Of a DNA stretch of 64,000 nucleotides, positions 10,782 to 22,584 are shown in pieces. Under the pieces are notes generated by a model, which was given only the letters and a program-made list of their open reading frames with translations, had not been told where the DNA came from and did not search any database. Position 1 is the stretch's first letter. The number at the start of each line of letters is the position of its first letter. The DNA comes from Macrostomum hystrix (Eukaryota; Animalia; Platyhelminthes): NCBI GenBank assembly GCA_950097015.1, contig CATNEN010000007.1:3038001-3102000 (forward strand). The letters run 5' to 3'. The position numbers and the translations under genes were made by a program.

Positions 10782-11934
10782 CTGTCTTTGTTTTCCTTCC
10801 GTTTCAATGCGAAGCTGCAGTTTTTGTCAAATATAATCAACAGCTCACAATGCGTTTTCCTAGCTCTGCCTTGCTGTTAACGCTTCTTCGTTCATCTGCC
10901 CTGCTTGTGGCAGACGTCACTTTCCTCATATTGCGGCACTCGCTAGTCAATTTCTGTTTATGAAACGTCTTTCTTGATCTATCCTAACCACTGATTACTG
11001 TCTGCTTCCAGTTGAATCGTTTCTCTGCAGTGTTAAACTGTTCTGAAGCTTTTTTTATGCCCTTCACTCTTCTAAAGTATAAACAAACAAATAAGAAATT
11101 ATGCTCAATAAAAAGCCATTGTGAGTGAAGTTTATCGAAATCAGTGCTGCGTGGAAAAATAATGTTGATGAAATTGTATTTAACTGCATTCGCTTTCTTG
11201 ACATTATTGTACATGTGCGATCTGGCCTAGTTATTATTTGTTATAACTCATAGCTTATTGATTGAATATGGCAATCAACATTTGAGTAGCGAAATACGCA
11301 GCATTTTGTGTTTTACTATTTCATAATATAGTAAGTAATTTTAATGCTATTTTATATAATACTGCGGCATCTTATACTCTGAAACCGATCGAAGTATCTT
11401 TTTGAAACGTAATAAACTGCAATGAAACTGGAAATCCCAAAACAGTCACGTATATTATTTCCCTAGTTTACCGCCAAATAAAAAATGGCTTACTCTAGTT
11501 GCACACAATGCGACCCTTTAAATTATTAAAATGAATTCTCAAGCGAGCGTCTTCAATGTGATTCGACTCATGCTACTAATATTATTTTTTTGCGATTAGT
11601 AGTATAAAGCGAATTGGAAAAGGCAAGAAATTAACTTGGAGTTATGGAGAATTATGCGACATTTTTCTGAAATGAAGTTTGTTAATTATTTTTTGTGTAT
11701 CGACTGTCCGTCTATCTGTCCGTCTGTCATTCTGTCTCTCTGTTCACCAATCTACTCGTGAACAAGGACTACAGAGCAATTAATTAGTTCATTCCTGCGG
11801 ATCAGCAAGATGTCTTTACCATAGACATAGACCAATGGCTCATAGTTTTGTTATGCTCACTATTTAAAAATAGATTTTGTTCATAACGGGATGTCTATGG
11901 CACAGCATTCTGTCACTGTAATAGTAGCATTTTG

Positions 11935-14900
11935 ATGATAAGAGTCTCCAAATCTCTGCGTGGAATTCCGACGCTGGCAGCCATGCGTTCCAGTCGAAAG
12001 TTGCAGTCGAAAGTAGCAGACGGGGTGGCGCGGCTGTCCACCATTGAACGCAACGCCGGCGAGAATCGCAGCAGAGAAATGATTGACGAACTTTTGCGAG
12101 CCAGAAAAAATAACAAAATCAAGAACGCACAGCAATCGCAGTTGCCAGGGCCAAAAAGCATTGGCGATGATTATCGATTGCAATGGATCGAGATGTCAGA
12201 GAGCAGTGAAGATGAGGATCTGTACGCTGTCAGGATGAAATACCTCAGACAAAGTCGGCGACCGGGCCAGAATAGGTAAAATGAGTTGTTCAAGTAAGCG
12301 TTTTGACATTAGGAATCTGACATGAGTGTGGTATGGTTATCTTTCGTTCTAGATTTATATTTTGTTCTATCATTTGTATTCGATAGAAGAAGACCAATAA
12401 AATTCAAATGACTGTGGTCTGGGCAGTGACGTTATGAAATAATAAATCTTATAATTTAGTTTTAGGTCTATGAAGCTCATAGGTTCCAAGTCAAAGCATC
12501 GAAAACAAATTGCAGGGAGCATCGCCGACCACCCATGCCAGAGAAGAACGGCCTTACCAATGCCAATTTCGCTGACGCCGAGCTGGAAGAGGAGCAGCCT
12601 CTAGTTGGGCAAAAGAGAATCGTTAGCTACGAAAAAGAAAAGCAGCAGCCCACGCAAAATCTAAAGATGCTGGTGCTGGCTCTAGTTCGTCAGCAGATTC
12701 GTCAGCAAGTTATGAAAATGAGCGAAATTGCTATCGAACAGAATCCGTTTGAAATGGAAAACGTTCGGCTCAATAGCTTCATTGCCAATACTCCGGACCT
12801 CATGGAAAACTGGAAGGTTTGCGAATTATTATTGCATTGCATTGCATTGCATGCACGTGATCACATTGGTCTGTCTGCCTCAGGTCAAGAACTCTCCCAG
12901 TGGTCTGTCTGTGAGGTCAAGAACTCTCCCAGTGGTCTGTCTGCCTCAGGTCAAGAACTCTCCCAGTGGTCTGTCTCAGGTCAAGAACTCTCCCAGTGGT
13001 CTGTCTGTCTGCCTCAGGTCAAGAACTCTCCCAGTGGTCTGTCTTTGAGGTCAAGAACTCTCCCAGTGGTCTGTCTTTGAGGTCAAGAACTCTCCCAGTG
13101 GTCTGTCTGTGAGGTCAAGAACTCTCCCAGTGGTCTGTCTGCCTCAGGTCAAGAACTCTCCCAGTGGTCTGTCTGTGAGGTCAAGAACTCTCCTAGTGGT
13201 CTGTCTTTGAGGTCAAGAACTCTCCCAGTGGTCTGTCTTTGAGGTCAAGAACTCTCCCAGTGGTCTGTCTTTGAGGTCAAGAACTCTCCCAGTGGTCTGT
13301 CTGCCTCAGGTCAAGAACTCTCCCAGTGGTCTGTCTGTGAGGTCAAGAACTCTCCCATTGGTCTGTCTGCCTCAGGTCAAGAACTCTCCCAGTGGTCTGT
13401 CTGTGAGGTCAAGAACTCTCCTAGTGGTCTGTCTTTGAGGTCAAGAACTCTCCCAGTGGTCTGTCTTTGAGGTCAAGAACTCTCCCAGTGGTCTGTCTTT
13501 GAGGTCAAGAACTCTCCCAGTGGTCTGTCTGCCTCAGGTCAAGAACTCTCCCAGTGGTCTGTCTGCCTCAGGTCAAGAACTCTCCCAGTGGTCTGTCTGC
13601 CTCAGGTCAAGAACTCTCCCAGTGGTCTGTCTGCCTCAGGTCAAGAACTCTCCCAGTGGTCTGTCTTTGAGGTCAAGAACTCTCCCAGTGGTCTGTCTTT
13701 GAGGTCAAGAACTCTCCCAGTGGTCTGTCTTTGAGGTCAAGAACTCTCCCAGTGGTCTGTCTTTGAGGTCAAGAACTCTCCCAGTGGTCTGTCTTTGAGG
13801 TCAAGAACTCTCCCAGTGGTCTGTCTGCCTCAGGTCAAGAACTCTCCCAGTGGTCTGTCTGTCTGCCTCAGGTCAAGAACTCTCCCAGTGGTCTGTCTCA
13901 GGTCAAGAACTCTCCCAGTGGTCTGTCTGTCTGCCTCAGGTCAAGAACTCTCCCAGTGGTCTGTCTGTCTCAGGTCAAGAACTCTCCCAGTGGTCTGTCT
14001 GTCTGCCTCAGGTCAAGAACTCTCCCAGTGGTCTGTCTGTCTCAGGTCAAGAACTCTCCCAGTGGTCTGTCTGTCTCAGGTCAAGAACTCTCCCAGTGGT
14101 CTGTCTGTGAGGTCAAGAACTCTCGCAGTGGTTTTTTCTGTCAGAGTTTACGGGCTCGTCAACTTTTCTCCCTGGTGTCAAAAGCTCTTCAATCGATCTG
14201 AGGTCATGTCTAACTCTCAGTGATGCGAATCCAGGTGATGATGCTGGAGGAGAGCATGCGCATAATCGATGAAAGCATCGAGACTGACAATCTGGCTTGG
14301 GTGGCGCCTGGCAACGGCAATAGCAGCTGGACTGACTGGGGCAAGCGGCTCCCGATGGCCATCGACGAGGTGACGCTGGTGTCGCTGCCGCCAGACAAAC
14401 CAGAGATCAGCCGGTCTCAGGTGGCCACTGAGTACATTCAGGTAGGTTTGGACCTGCGTTTTTGCTTCACTATTTCATCCTGATACCTAACTCATTGGAC
14501 ACTGTCCATTTTCCGATTGCAATACTTCATACTAGCACCCGAACTTGCATGAATTTCCTTACTTGAAACGCCCCAGCAAACAATTTAAGGCACAACGCCG
14601 TCGCCATGGTCAGGAATCAGATGAGACAGCGCAGTTATACCAGAGCGATCTGCTGAAAATCGATATCGCAGCCGCTGCGCCCACAGAAACATTCGAGCGG
14701 GTCTGCAACAGCTACAAGGCCATCGTGCAGAAGATCATTGAGATTGAGTACATTGAGAACAACTCTGAAACCTGCATAGCTGTTTCGAGGTACGTTGATC
14801 AGCTGAAAATTTCTCCAGATCAGGTAGTGTCAGACGCACTAGCCAGCGATATCAAGGACACGGAGAAGTACGGCTCTGTCTTCGTGCAAAGCATCGTAGG

Positions 14901-14988
14901 CAAAATCATGGACGATCTGCACGGCTTTCACGCTAAGCGAAACTTTGAGCCCATGCAGCTTTCCATGACCGTTTACAGGCGTGACTGA
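11935..14988 (+). CDS. Hypothetical 4-exon protein (~444 aa); exons 11935-12275, 12483-12816, 14235-14441, 14536-14988
   Basis: Four non-repetitive ORF segments joined by phase-compatible GT-AG junctions (2,0,0). No domain recognised. Confidence 0.6.
12870..14130 (+). repeat. Intronic minisatellite, core GGTCAAGAACTCTCCCAGTGGTCTGTCT with variable GCCTCA/TTGA/GTGA linker
   Basis: About 35-40 tandem units visible directly. Confidence 0.97.
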
Positions 14989-15459
14989 CACTCGCGAAAT
15001 ATTTGACTCATTCAAAAATTCCTTCGTGACTTTTCTGGAAAAACTTATTGCGAAGTCGATTTTAATTTTCAACTGTAGAAAAACACCTGCTGGTCCGTAA
15101 AAGTCTATGTTTGGCGGCATTGAACAGAAAGTTAAATCTTGAAAGATGATAAAATACTTTAATGAAGGGGGTTTCATTTTTAACAGAGTCAGGGAGGAGA
15201 AATAACAGACTAGTCTGCTTGTCTCGGGGCTATGGATATTGCTTTTGTCGTCTTTCATTTGTGATTCAGTCAATCATTTTTTATTCGCTGTGATGCAGCC
15301 TTTTTCGACATATTTCATTCTTTTGCTGAAAAAGTGTATGCTCAAGAAAACTAATTTTTTAAAACTTTGTCTACGTTATTCGTTCACTAACTCATTTTTT
15401 ACTGAATTTAATTACAAAAATTTCTGAAATAACTAAATTGTATTCGTCGAAATATTACG

Positions 15460-17160
15460 CAGACTCTCGAAACCCCAACCTCACACACACAGACCCTCGA
15501 AACACCGACATCACACACACAGACCCTCGAAACACCGACATCACACACACAGACTCTCGAAACACCGACATCACACACACAGACTCTCGAAACACCGACA
15601 TCACACACACAGACTCTCGAAACACCGACCTCACACACACAGACTCTCGAAACACCGACATCACACACACAGACTCTCGAAACACCGACATCACACACAC
15701 AGACTCTCGAAACACCGACATCACACACACAGACTCTCGAAACACCGACATCACACACACAGACTCTCGAAACACCGACATCACACACACAGACTCTCGA
15801 AACACCGACATCACACACACAGACTCTCGAAACACCGACCTCACACACACAGACTCTCGAAACACCGACATCACACACACAGACTCTCGAAACACCGACA
15901 TCACACACACAGACTCTCGAAACCCCAACCTCACACACACAGACCCTCGAAACACCGACCTCACACACACAGACTCTCGAAACACCGACATCACACACAC
16001 AGACTCTCGAAACACCGACATCACACACACAGACTCTCGAAACACCGACATCACACACACAGACTCTCGAAACCCCAACCTCACACACACAGACCCTCGA
16101 AACACCGACATCACACACACAGACCCTCGAAACACCGACATCACACACACAGACTCTCGAAACACCGACATCACACACACAGACTCTCGAAACACCGACA
16201 TCACACACACAGACTCTCGAAACACCGACATCACACACACAGACTCTCGAAACCCCAACCTCACACACACAGACCCTCGAAACACCGACATCACACACAC
16301 AGACCCTCGAAACACCGACCTCACACACACAGACCCTCGAAACACCGACCTCACACACACAGACTCTCGAAACACCGACATCACACACACAGACTCTCGA
16401 AACACCGACATCACACACACAGACTCTCGAAACACCGACATCACACACACAGACTCTCGAAACACCGACATCACACACACAGACTCTCGAAACACCGACA
16501 TCACACACACAGACTCTCGAAACACCGACCTCACACACACAGACCCTCGAAACACCGACATCACACACACAGACTCTCGAAACACCGACCTCACACACAC
16601 AGACCCTCGAAACACCGACATCACACACACAGACTCTCGAAACACCGACCTCACACACACAGACCCTCGAAACACCGACCTCACACACACAGACTCTCGA
16701 AACACCGACCTCACACACACAGACTCTCGAAACACCGATCTCACACACACAGACCCTCGAAACACCGACATCACACACACAGACTCTCGAAACACCGACC
16801 TCACACACACAGACCCTCGAAACACCGACCTCACACACACAGACTCTCGAAACACCGACATCACACACACAGACTCTCGAAACACCGACCTCACACACAC
16901 AGACTCTCGAAACACCGACCTCACACACACAGACTCTCGAAGCCCCGACCTCACACACAGACTCTCGAAACACCGACCTCACACACACAGACTCTCGAAA
17001 CACCGACCTCACACACACAGACCCTCGAAACACCGACATCACACACACAGACTCTCGAAACACCGACATCACACACAGACTCTCGAAACACCGACCTCAC
17101 ACACACAGACTCTCGAAACACCGACCTCACACACACAGACTCTCGAAACCCCAATCTTAC
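15460..17160 (+). repeat. 30-bp minisatellite (TCACACACACAGACTCTCGAAACACCGACA)n
   Basis: About 56 near-identical units. It accounts for the 499-677 aa periodic ORFs. Confidence 0.98.
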
Positions 17161-17446
17161 AGACTCTCGAAGCCCCGAACCTCAAAAACACGTACATTTT
17201 AAGGGTTTACACACCTGTCCATCACTCTTGCAGGAAGGTTTCACGCGGTAATCTAGGCTCCGAACAAACAATCCCGCGCGCACTGCAGTTGAGATATATT
17301 TTTTCACGGGTAGCCGCTTACTGCCATGACTCTGAGGCTGCAGGCCGAGTGTCTTTGTTATATTATTATTTTACAGACGAGTTTTTAAGTGCTCTAGACG
17401 AGTCAAGAGGCCTCGGGGGCAAGCAGCGTCTGAAAGATGACATATC

Positions 17447-17460
17447 GTTGCCATGGCAAC
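17447..17460. promoter_or_regulatory. Perfect RFX X-box palindrome GTTGCCATGGCAAC
   Basis: Exact 14-bp palindrome matching the RFX consensus, ~0.9 kb upstream of the GPCR ATG. Function untested. Confidence 0.4.
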
Positions 17461-18372
17461 AGTGCACTTAAGATGCGCTCGCGCGATACGAGCAGGCGAA
17501 TGAGAGATTGAAATTGGCAAAGCGGATAAAAGTAGGGATTTCGCTCTCTATAGAAGAATCCCACCGTTATCCCATGCTGGCCTGGGGAGGCCGGTGCATC
17601 TCTCTGGAGGTGGACGCTCAGGGATTTGAGGGCTTACGCCGCGGGAATTCATAATGGGATTGGGATGCTGCTGAGCAGGGAATCGATGCAGGTCTTGCCT
17701 TCCTTTTTGCCAAGGGGATGCACTTCTGTACCGCCTCTTTCATAATCCCTGGACGCGGCATCCGTCTCTCTATTCTCCTCTTCCTCCCTCATTTTTCCTT
17801 GGGATTTTAATCCCCACCCGCTGTCCGCCGCTTGCTTGCTTAGCGCGTCTCACGTTTCCCCTCCTACCATCCCCCCCCCTTCAAAATCCCCGGCCTTCCA
17901 ATAAAAATGCCTCCCCAGCTCTCCCGTTCCGACTTGTGCTCATGCAGGTGCACCCAGAGTGGCAGCAGCCCTAGCCCAGATCCCACTGCAAAGTTGGAGG
18001 GGAGGAAGTAGGGAAAAGAATGAAATTGCCATGAATGGAGATGAATAGCTGGTCTGTTGCCCAGAGAAAAAATGAAGAGTAGAAAAGTTTCTGTATTAGC
18101 AACTCGGCCCGACCAATGGTAGCAGGCTAGGAAAGACAATTTAGCCAAGCAGCCACCCCCACCCTGCCCAACCAGCCAGACAACCTCCGCCCCCACCAAA
18201 TGCGCAGAAGGGCATTTAGACTCGCAACTGGGCGAACAGTTGAAGCCCGGGTCGGCAAAGAAGAGACGCGGAGGAAGGGGAAGCACTCCGTTAGCGAGGC
18301 ACCGGCCGCTAACGCTCGCTTTGATGCATTAGAACTCAGAAAAGCTTAGAAAACGCGCACGGCCGCTGAGCA

Positions 18373-19383
18373 ATGCAGCGCCTGGAGGCCGCCTGCCTGC
18401 TGGTCATTGTGCCAGTGTGCTCGCTGGCCGGCATCGTCGGCTCCGCGCTGACTGTCCGGGTGACGCTGCACAAGTCCATGCGCGGCCACCTCATCAACCG
18501 CTGCATCCTGGCTCTGTCCAGCGTCGACCTGCTGTACCTGGCCTCTGCGCTGGCCCACTCGGCCCTGTGCGCAGAGTCAATCTGGGTCGGCAAGCACAAC
18601 GACGACGACGGGATGGCCGTAGCAACAGGGATGCGACGGTTTCTCCTGCCATCGCTGGCACGCGCCTCCCTGCTGATCATCGTGGTGATCAGCGCCGAGC
18701 GGTTCTGCGCTGTGCGCAAGCCGCGCCACCTGCAGGCAGGCAACTCGCGCAAATCCACAGTGCACGCCGCTCTGAGCGTCGCCTCCGTTGCGCCGTTCGT
18801 CTTGTACGGCCTGGAGTTCGCCTGCAACCAACCGACAGCAGCCGCAGAGGCCGGCTTCGTGAACGCCTCAACTGCAGTCGAGCTGACTTCGACTGCCGTC
18901 GCTTTCGCCACCTTGGACGCCTGTCTTCGGGGCCTGCCGCTGCTGAGCATCCTGCTGCTGAACCTGGGCATCGTCCGGCTTCTGCGCGAGTCCTTCCGTC
19001 AGCGGGAGCGCCTGCTCTCCGGCTTTCTTGGAATCCAGCGCGCCCTGCTTCGCCCCGGACACCTGCCGCCAAACGCTCAGAACGTGTTGCAGCGCCAGCG
19101 CAAGACCACCTGCATGCTCGTGTACATGTCCACCTTTCACCTGCTGCTGCTGGTGCCGGCAATCTTGCTCAGCACCCTTGCCAGGGTCCGGCTCCTGCTG
19201 CCCAACGCGCTGGCCGAGTTCGTACCCGCGGCCGGTCCGCGCGAACTCGGCAGCCTCGTGGTGGCCCTGGAGGCCGCCAGCTGCTCCTTCAACTTTGCCG
19301 TCTACATTCGACAGAGCGAAAAGTTTCGCAACGTATTCCTGGGACTGTTCACGTGCGGCTGTGCCGGGCGACCTGCGGGCTGA
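18373..19383 (+). CDS. Single-exon rhodopsin-family (peptide-receptor-like) GPCR
   Basis: Seven hydrophobic segments with LSSVD (TM2), SAERFCAV (ERY-type) and SFNFAVY..QSEKFR (NPxxY variant plus helix 8). Confidence 0.88.
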   Translation: MQRLEAACLLVIVPVCSLAGIVGSALTVRVTLHKSMRGHLINRCILALSSVDLLYLASALAHSALCAESIWVGKHNDDDGMAVATGMRRFLLPSLARASLLIIVVISAERFCAVRKPRHLQAGNSRKSTVHAALSVASVAPFVLYGLEFACNQPTAAAEAGFVNASTAVELTSTAVAFATLDACLRGLPLLSILLLNLGIVRLLRESFRQRERLLSGFLGIQRALLRPGHLPPNAQNVLQRQRKTTCMLVYMSTFHLLLLVPAILLSTLARVRLLLPNALAEFVPAAGPRELGSLVVALEAASCSFNFAVYIRQSEKFRNVFLGLFTCGCAGRPAG

Positions 19384-19553
19384 GCGCCTAGGTTCGGGAG
19401 AACATCTATTTTTTGATAATTCTGTATTTTAGTTCGTGTATTGCATGAAATGCATTATCTGTGAAATACTTGTTTTTTGGTCGCCAATGTGTCGTCGTGG
19501 GATTCCACAATGCTCCTTACCGGCTGCACATAAAGAGGGATTACAACTTACCT

Positions 19554-19890
19554 GGGGGAGCGGGTCGGTGGCAGAGCGGTTGACGCGTTTGCCTCTCGCA
19601 CTAAGGTCTCTGAGCTCGATTCCGCGGCGAGGCCACATTCGTTTGGGGCGCAGGCTTGGGGGCTTGTCGTACAATTTACGTCCTTGAGGGCCAACCTCCA
19701 AGGCTCAGTGAGCGTGTACACTGCCTGACGATGAGAAAGCGTGTGTGAGCGTATGCCTGCGTACAGTATCTGTGTGCGTGTGTGCTTAGGAGTCAGCGGA
19801 ATGGGCAGAATTGCCTCCTCGCTGGCTGCGGGTCTAGTGTCACCAAAATGATGTGCCATTGTCGGCAACCCTCCTGTAAAAATATTTTTT
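19554..19890 (+). mobile_element. tRNA-derived SINE, copy 1
   Basis: A-box TGGCAGAGCGG and B-box-like GAGCTCGATTCC. Collinear with 25321-25660 over ~330 bp, with an AT-rich tail. Confidence 0.75.
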
Positions 19891-20964
19891 ATTATACATA
19901 TTACCTTACCTGGCTTTCTCGTCGCCGTGTAGTGTACTGCACAATCATTTGGGTATTTGTTTCTGGCGTCAATGCCCCACGACTTCAAGATTGAAGCCAT
20001 CTGGTTCACAGACAAGCCGCTGAGGGGGGACTTGTTCCGCACTCAACTATCCTGCGTCAAAACTAAGCGCCGTTTTGGTGCAAAGTTCAAAATCGATGCA
20101 AATTTTTAGTCAGCTCTGATTCTGGATTCAAACCGCGTCCCTATTATCAGCCATTCCTTACGCGACCGATTTTATAATAGAAAAGGCATCTTCCCGACTC
20201 GAGGTCCCTGGGCTCAGTCTATTAATGCTGTGGGTTGCGGGCCCCTGCAAAAATAAAAGTGCAAATGAAACAAATTAATTTTCATAACACAGAGTGTTCC
20301 AGAACATATCAACATAGATGAGCCTGCTGTTGTACAAATGTATCTTTATATATGGCTGAAATTCCAATCTCTATCAAATATTGCTTCGCAAAGCAATCTG
20401 ACACAAACACCTGACCTATTTATTATCTTATTAATTTTCTAAACTACGCCATTTTTGTTCTTTCATTCAGCAACCAAGCGGCATTCATTGGTGCGGTTTC
20501 CATATTAATAACATTTTCTTCAATTGAATTCGTAGAAAATGGAGAGCCCTGTTTTTTAGCGGTAATTTAGCCCCAAGTCAGTAGCTGTATGGCTGAATTT
20601 CGTTTGTGAAATAAATATTTCATTCAGAAACAGACTGACAGCCACTGTGAGAGGCGCAGTGGCGCAATAGACTGCTGTCTTGTCGTGTGCACTTGTGTTT
20701 CAGATCGATGCTTAAAAAATAAAGTCTTGCAGATAAAAACTGTTTGGAGATGCAAAAACTAGGGGGGGGGGAACGCGGAGGGAGGAGAGGCCTGAGACCT
20801 GGGTCGGTACAGTACTCAGTCTAAGGATGGAAACCATGTTTTAGCGGACAACAGAGAAACATGGCTGGGATGACACTGCATGGACGCCAGCTAGCCTCGA
20901 CTGGATTTCGATCCCGCGACAGTCTCCAAGCCCCCGCTTTCACCTATGCTATGCCTTATCTATC

Positions 20965-22025
20965 TCTTTTCTCACCCATTCTCTCACCCATTCTCTCACC
21001 CATTCTCTCACCCATTCCCTCACCCATTTCCTCACCCATTCTCTCACTCATTCTCTCACCCATTCTCTCACCCATTCTCTCACCCATTCTCTCCCATTCT
21101 CTCACCCATTCCCTCACCCATTTCCTCACCCATTCTCTCACTCATTCTCTCACCCATTCTCTCACCCATTCTCTCACCCATTCTCTCCCATTCTCTCACC
21201 CATTCTCTCACCCATTCTCTCACCCATTCTCTCCCATTCTCTCACCCATTCCCTCACCCATTTCCTCACCCATTCTCTCACTCATTCTCTCACCCATTCT
21301 CTCACCCATTCTCTCACCCATTCTCTCCCATTCTCTCACCCATTCTCTCACCCATTCTCTCACCCATTCTCTCCCATTCTCTCACCCATTCTCTCACCCA
21401 TTCTCTCACCCATTCCCTCACCCATTCTCTCACCCATTCTATCACCATTCTATCGCCCATTCTATCACCAATTCCCTCACCCATTTTATCACCATTCTTT
21501 CACCCATTTGATCACCCATTCTATCACCCATTCTATCACCCATTCTCTCACCCATTCTCCCACCCATTCCCTCACCCATTCCCTCACCCATTCTCTCACC
21601 CATTCTCTCACCCATTCTCTCACCCATTCTCTCACCCATTCTCTCACCCATTCTCTCACCCATTCTCTCACCCATTCTCTCACCCATTCTCTCACCCATT
21701 CTCTCACCCATTCCCTCACCCATTCTCTCACCCATTCTATCACCATTCTATCGCCCATTCTATCACCAATTCCCTCACCCATTTTATCACCATTCTTTCA
21801 CCCATTTGATCACCCATTCTATCACCCATTCTATCACCCATTCTCTCACCCATTCTCTCACCCATTCCCTCACCCATTCTCTCACCCATTCTCTCACCCA
21901 TTCTATCACCATTCTATCGCCCATTCTATCACCAATTCCCTCACCCATTTTATCACCATTCTATCCCCCATTTTATCACCATTCTTTTACCCATTTGATC
22001 ACCATTTGATCACCCATTTTCTCAC
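20965..22025 (+). repeat. 12-bp pyrimidine-rich repeat (CCCATTCTCTCA)n with variants
   Basis: Direct inspection; includes larger duplicated blocks. Confidence 0.97.
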
Positions 22026-22059
22026 CCACTCGATCCGACAGCACAGTCGCAGCTATGGC

Positions 22060-22240
22060 GTGGCGCTTCTGAAAGCTGCGTACAGCTGTTCAGTCCATGG
22101 ACTGGGGTGGGACGCCACACCCACCCTCAATTATCCCAGCTGATGATTGTACCCATTTAACAGCTGGGTGAACTGAAGCAACACAGAGCTATGTATCTTG
22201 CTAAGGACACAATTTGTTTCCGTGGATCGAACCCCTAACA
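22060..22240 (-). mobile_element. SINE remnant with B-box and a CORE/V/Meta-type central domain
   Basis: Minus strand GGTTCGATCC...TGTGTCCTTAGCAAGATAC...CACCCAGCTGTTAAATGGGTAC resembles the conserved central domains of metazoan SINE superfamilies (recognised from memory). Confidence 0.6.
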
Positions 22241-22584
22241 TTCTAACGCCAAGCAGTTGAATCGAAAGAGTTTTGGGACACCAAAAATGAGATAGTGCCG
22301 AAATTCACAGACTGTAGCCAAATGGCCAACAATTGATTCTAAACTTATTACACTCATTGCTACACTCGTTAAAGAATTGCAGCCTTGGTTAAAATGCACG
22401 CCTGGCAATTAGCTAGAAGACGCCGTACAGCCAATTCTATACCACAAATTGTGTACAATGTTTGACTGAGTACAACCCGCGGCAAAAACCCAAAATAGAA
22501 TATACTTTTCATAGTTTATTCGTGTGGCATTGTTAAATCTGACAATTCATTTGACAATTTATTTTAGCAATTTCGTAAAATTCT

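Noticed and set aside
12870-14130. CRISPR-like appearance (constant repeat with variable linker); also considered for other arrays
   Set aside because: Linkers are only 4-10 nt and recur, there are no unique spacers or cas genes, and the context is eukaryotic intronic.
15408-17471. ORFs of 499-677 aa (THTDSRNTDI / VGVSRVCVCE repeats)
   Set aside because: They are translations of a stop-free 30-bp minisatellite and are open on both strands, with no unique coding context.
17470-18330. GC-rich segment with a 140-aa minus-strand ORF and a CGTTAGCG/CGCTAACG hairpin
   Set aside because: No recognisable domain, TIR, TSD or second copy in the window.
18336-19432. Overlapping and antisense ORFs over the GPCR (similarly over 29399-30775, 33732-35021, 43645-45244 and aldolase)
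   Set aside because: Shadow ORFs caused by GC-rich codon usage of the real genes.
19813-19826. GCCTCCTCGCTGGC (also 25585-25598), identical as I recall to the P3/L3 core of the genomic HDV ribozyme
   Set aside because: I could not complete the double pseudoknot: there is no GG for P1.1 after a 7-nt P1 strand and no convincing P2 partner. A simpler nested fold explains the flanks. A descriptor search on the family consensus would settle it.
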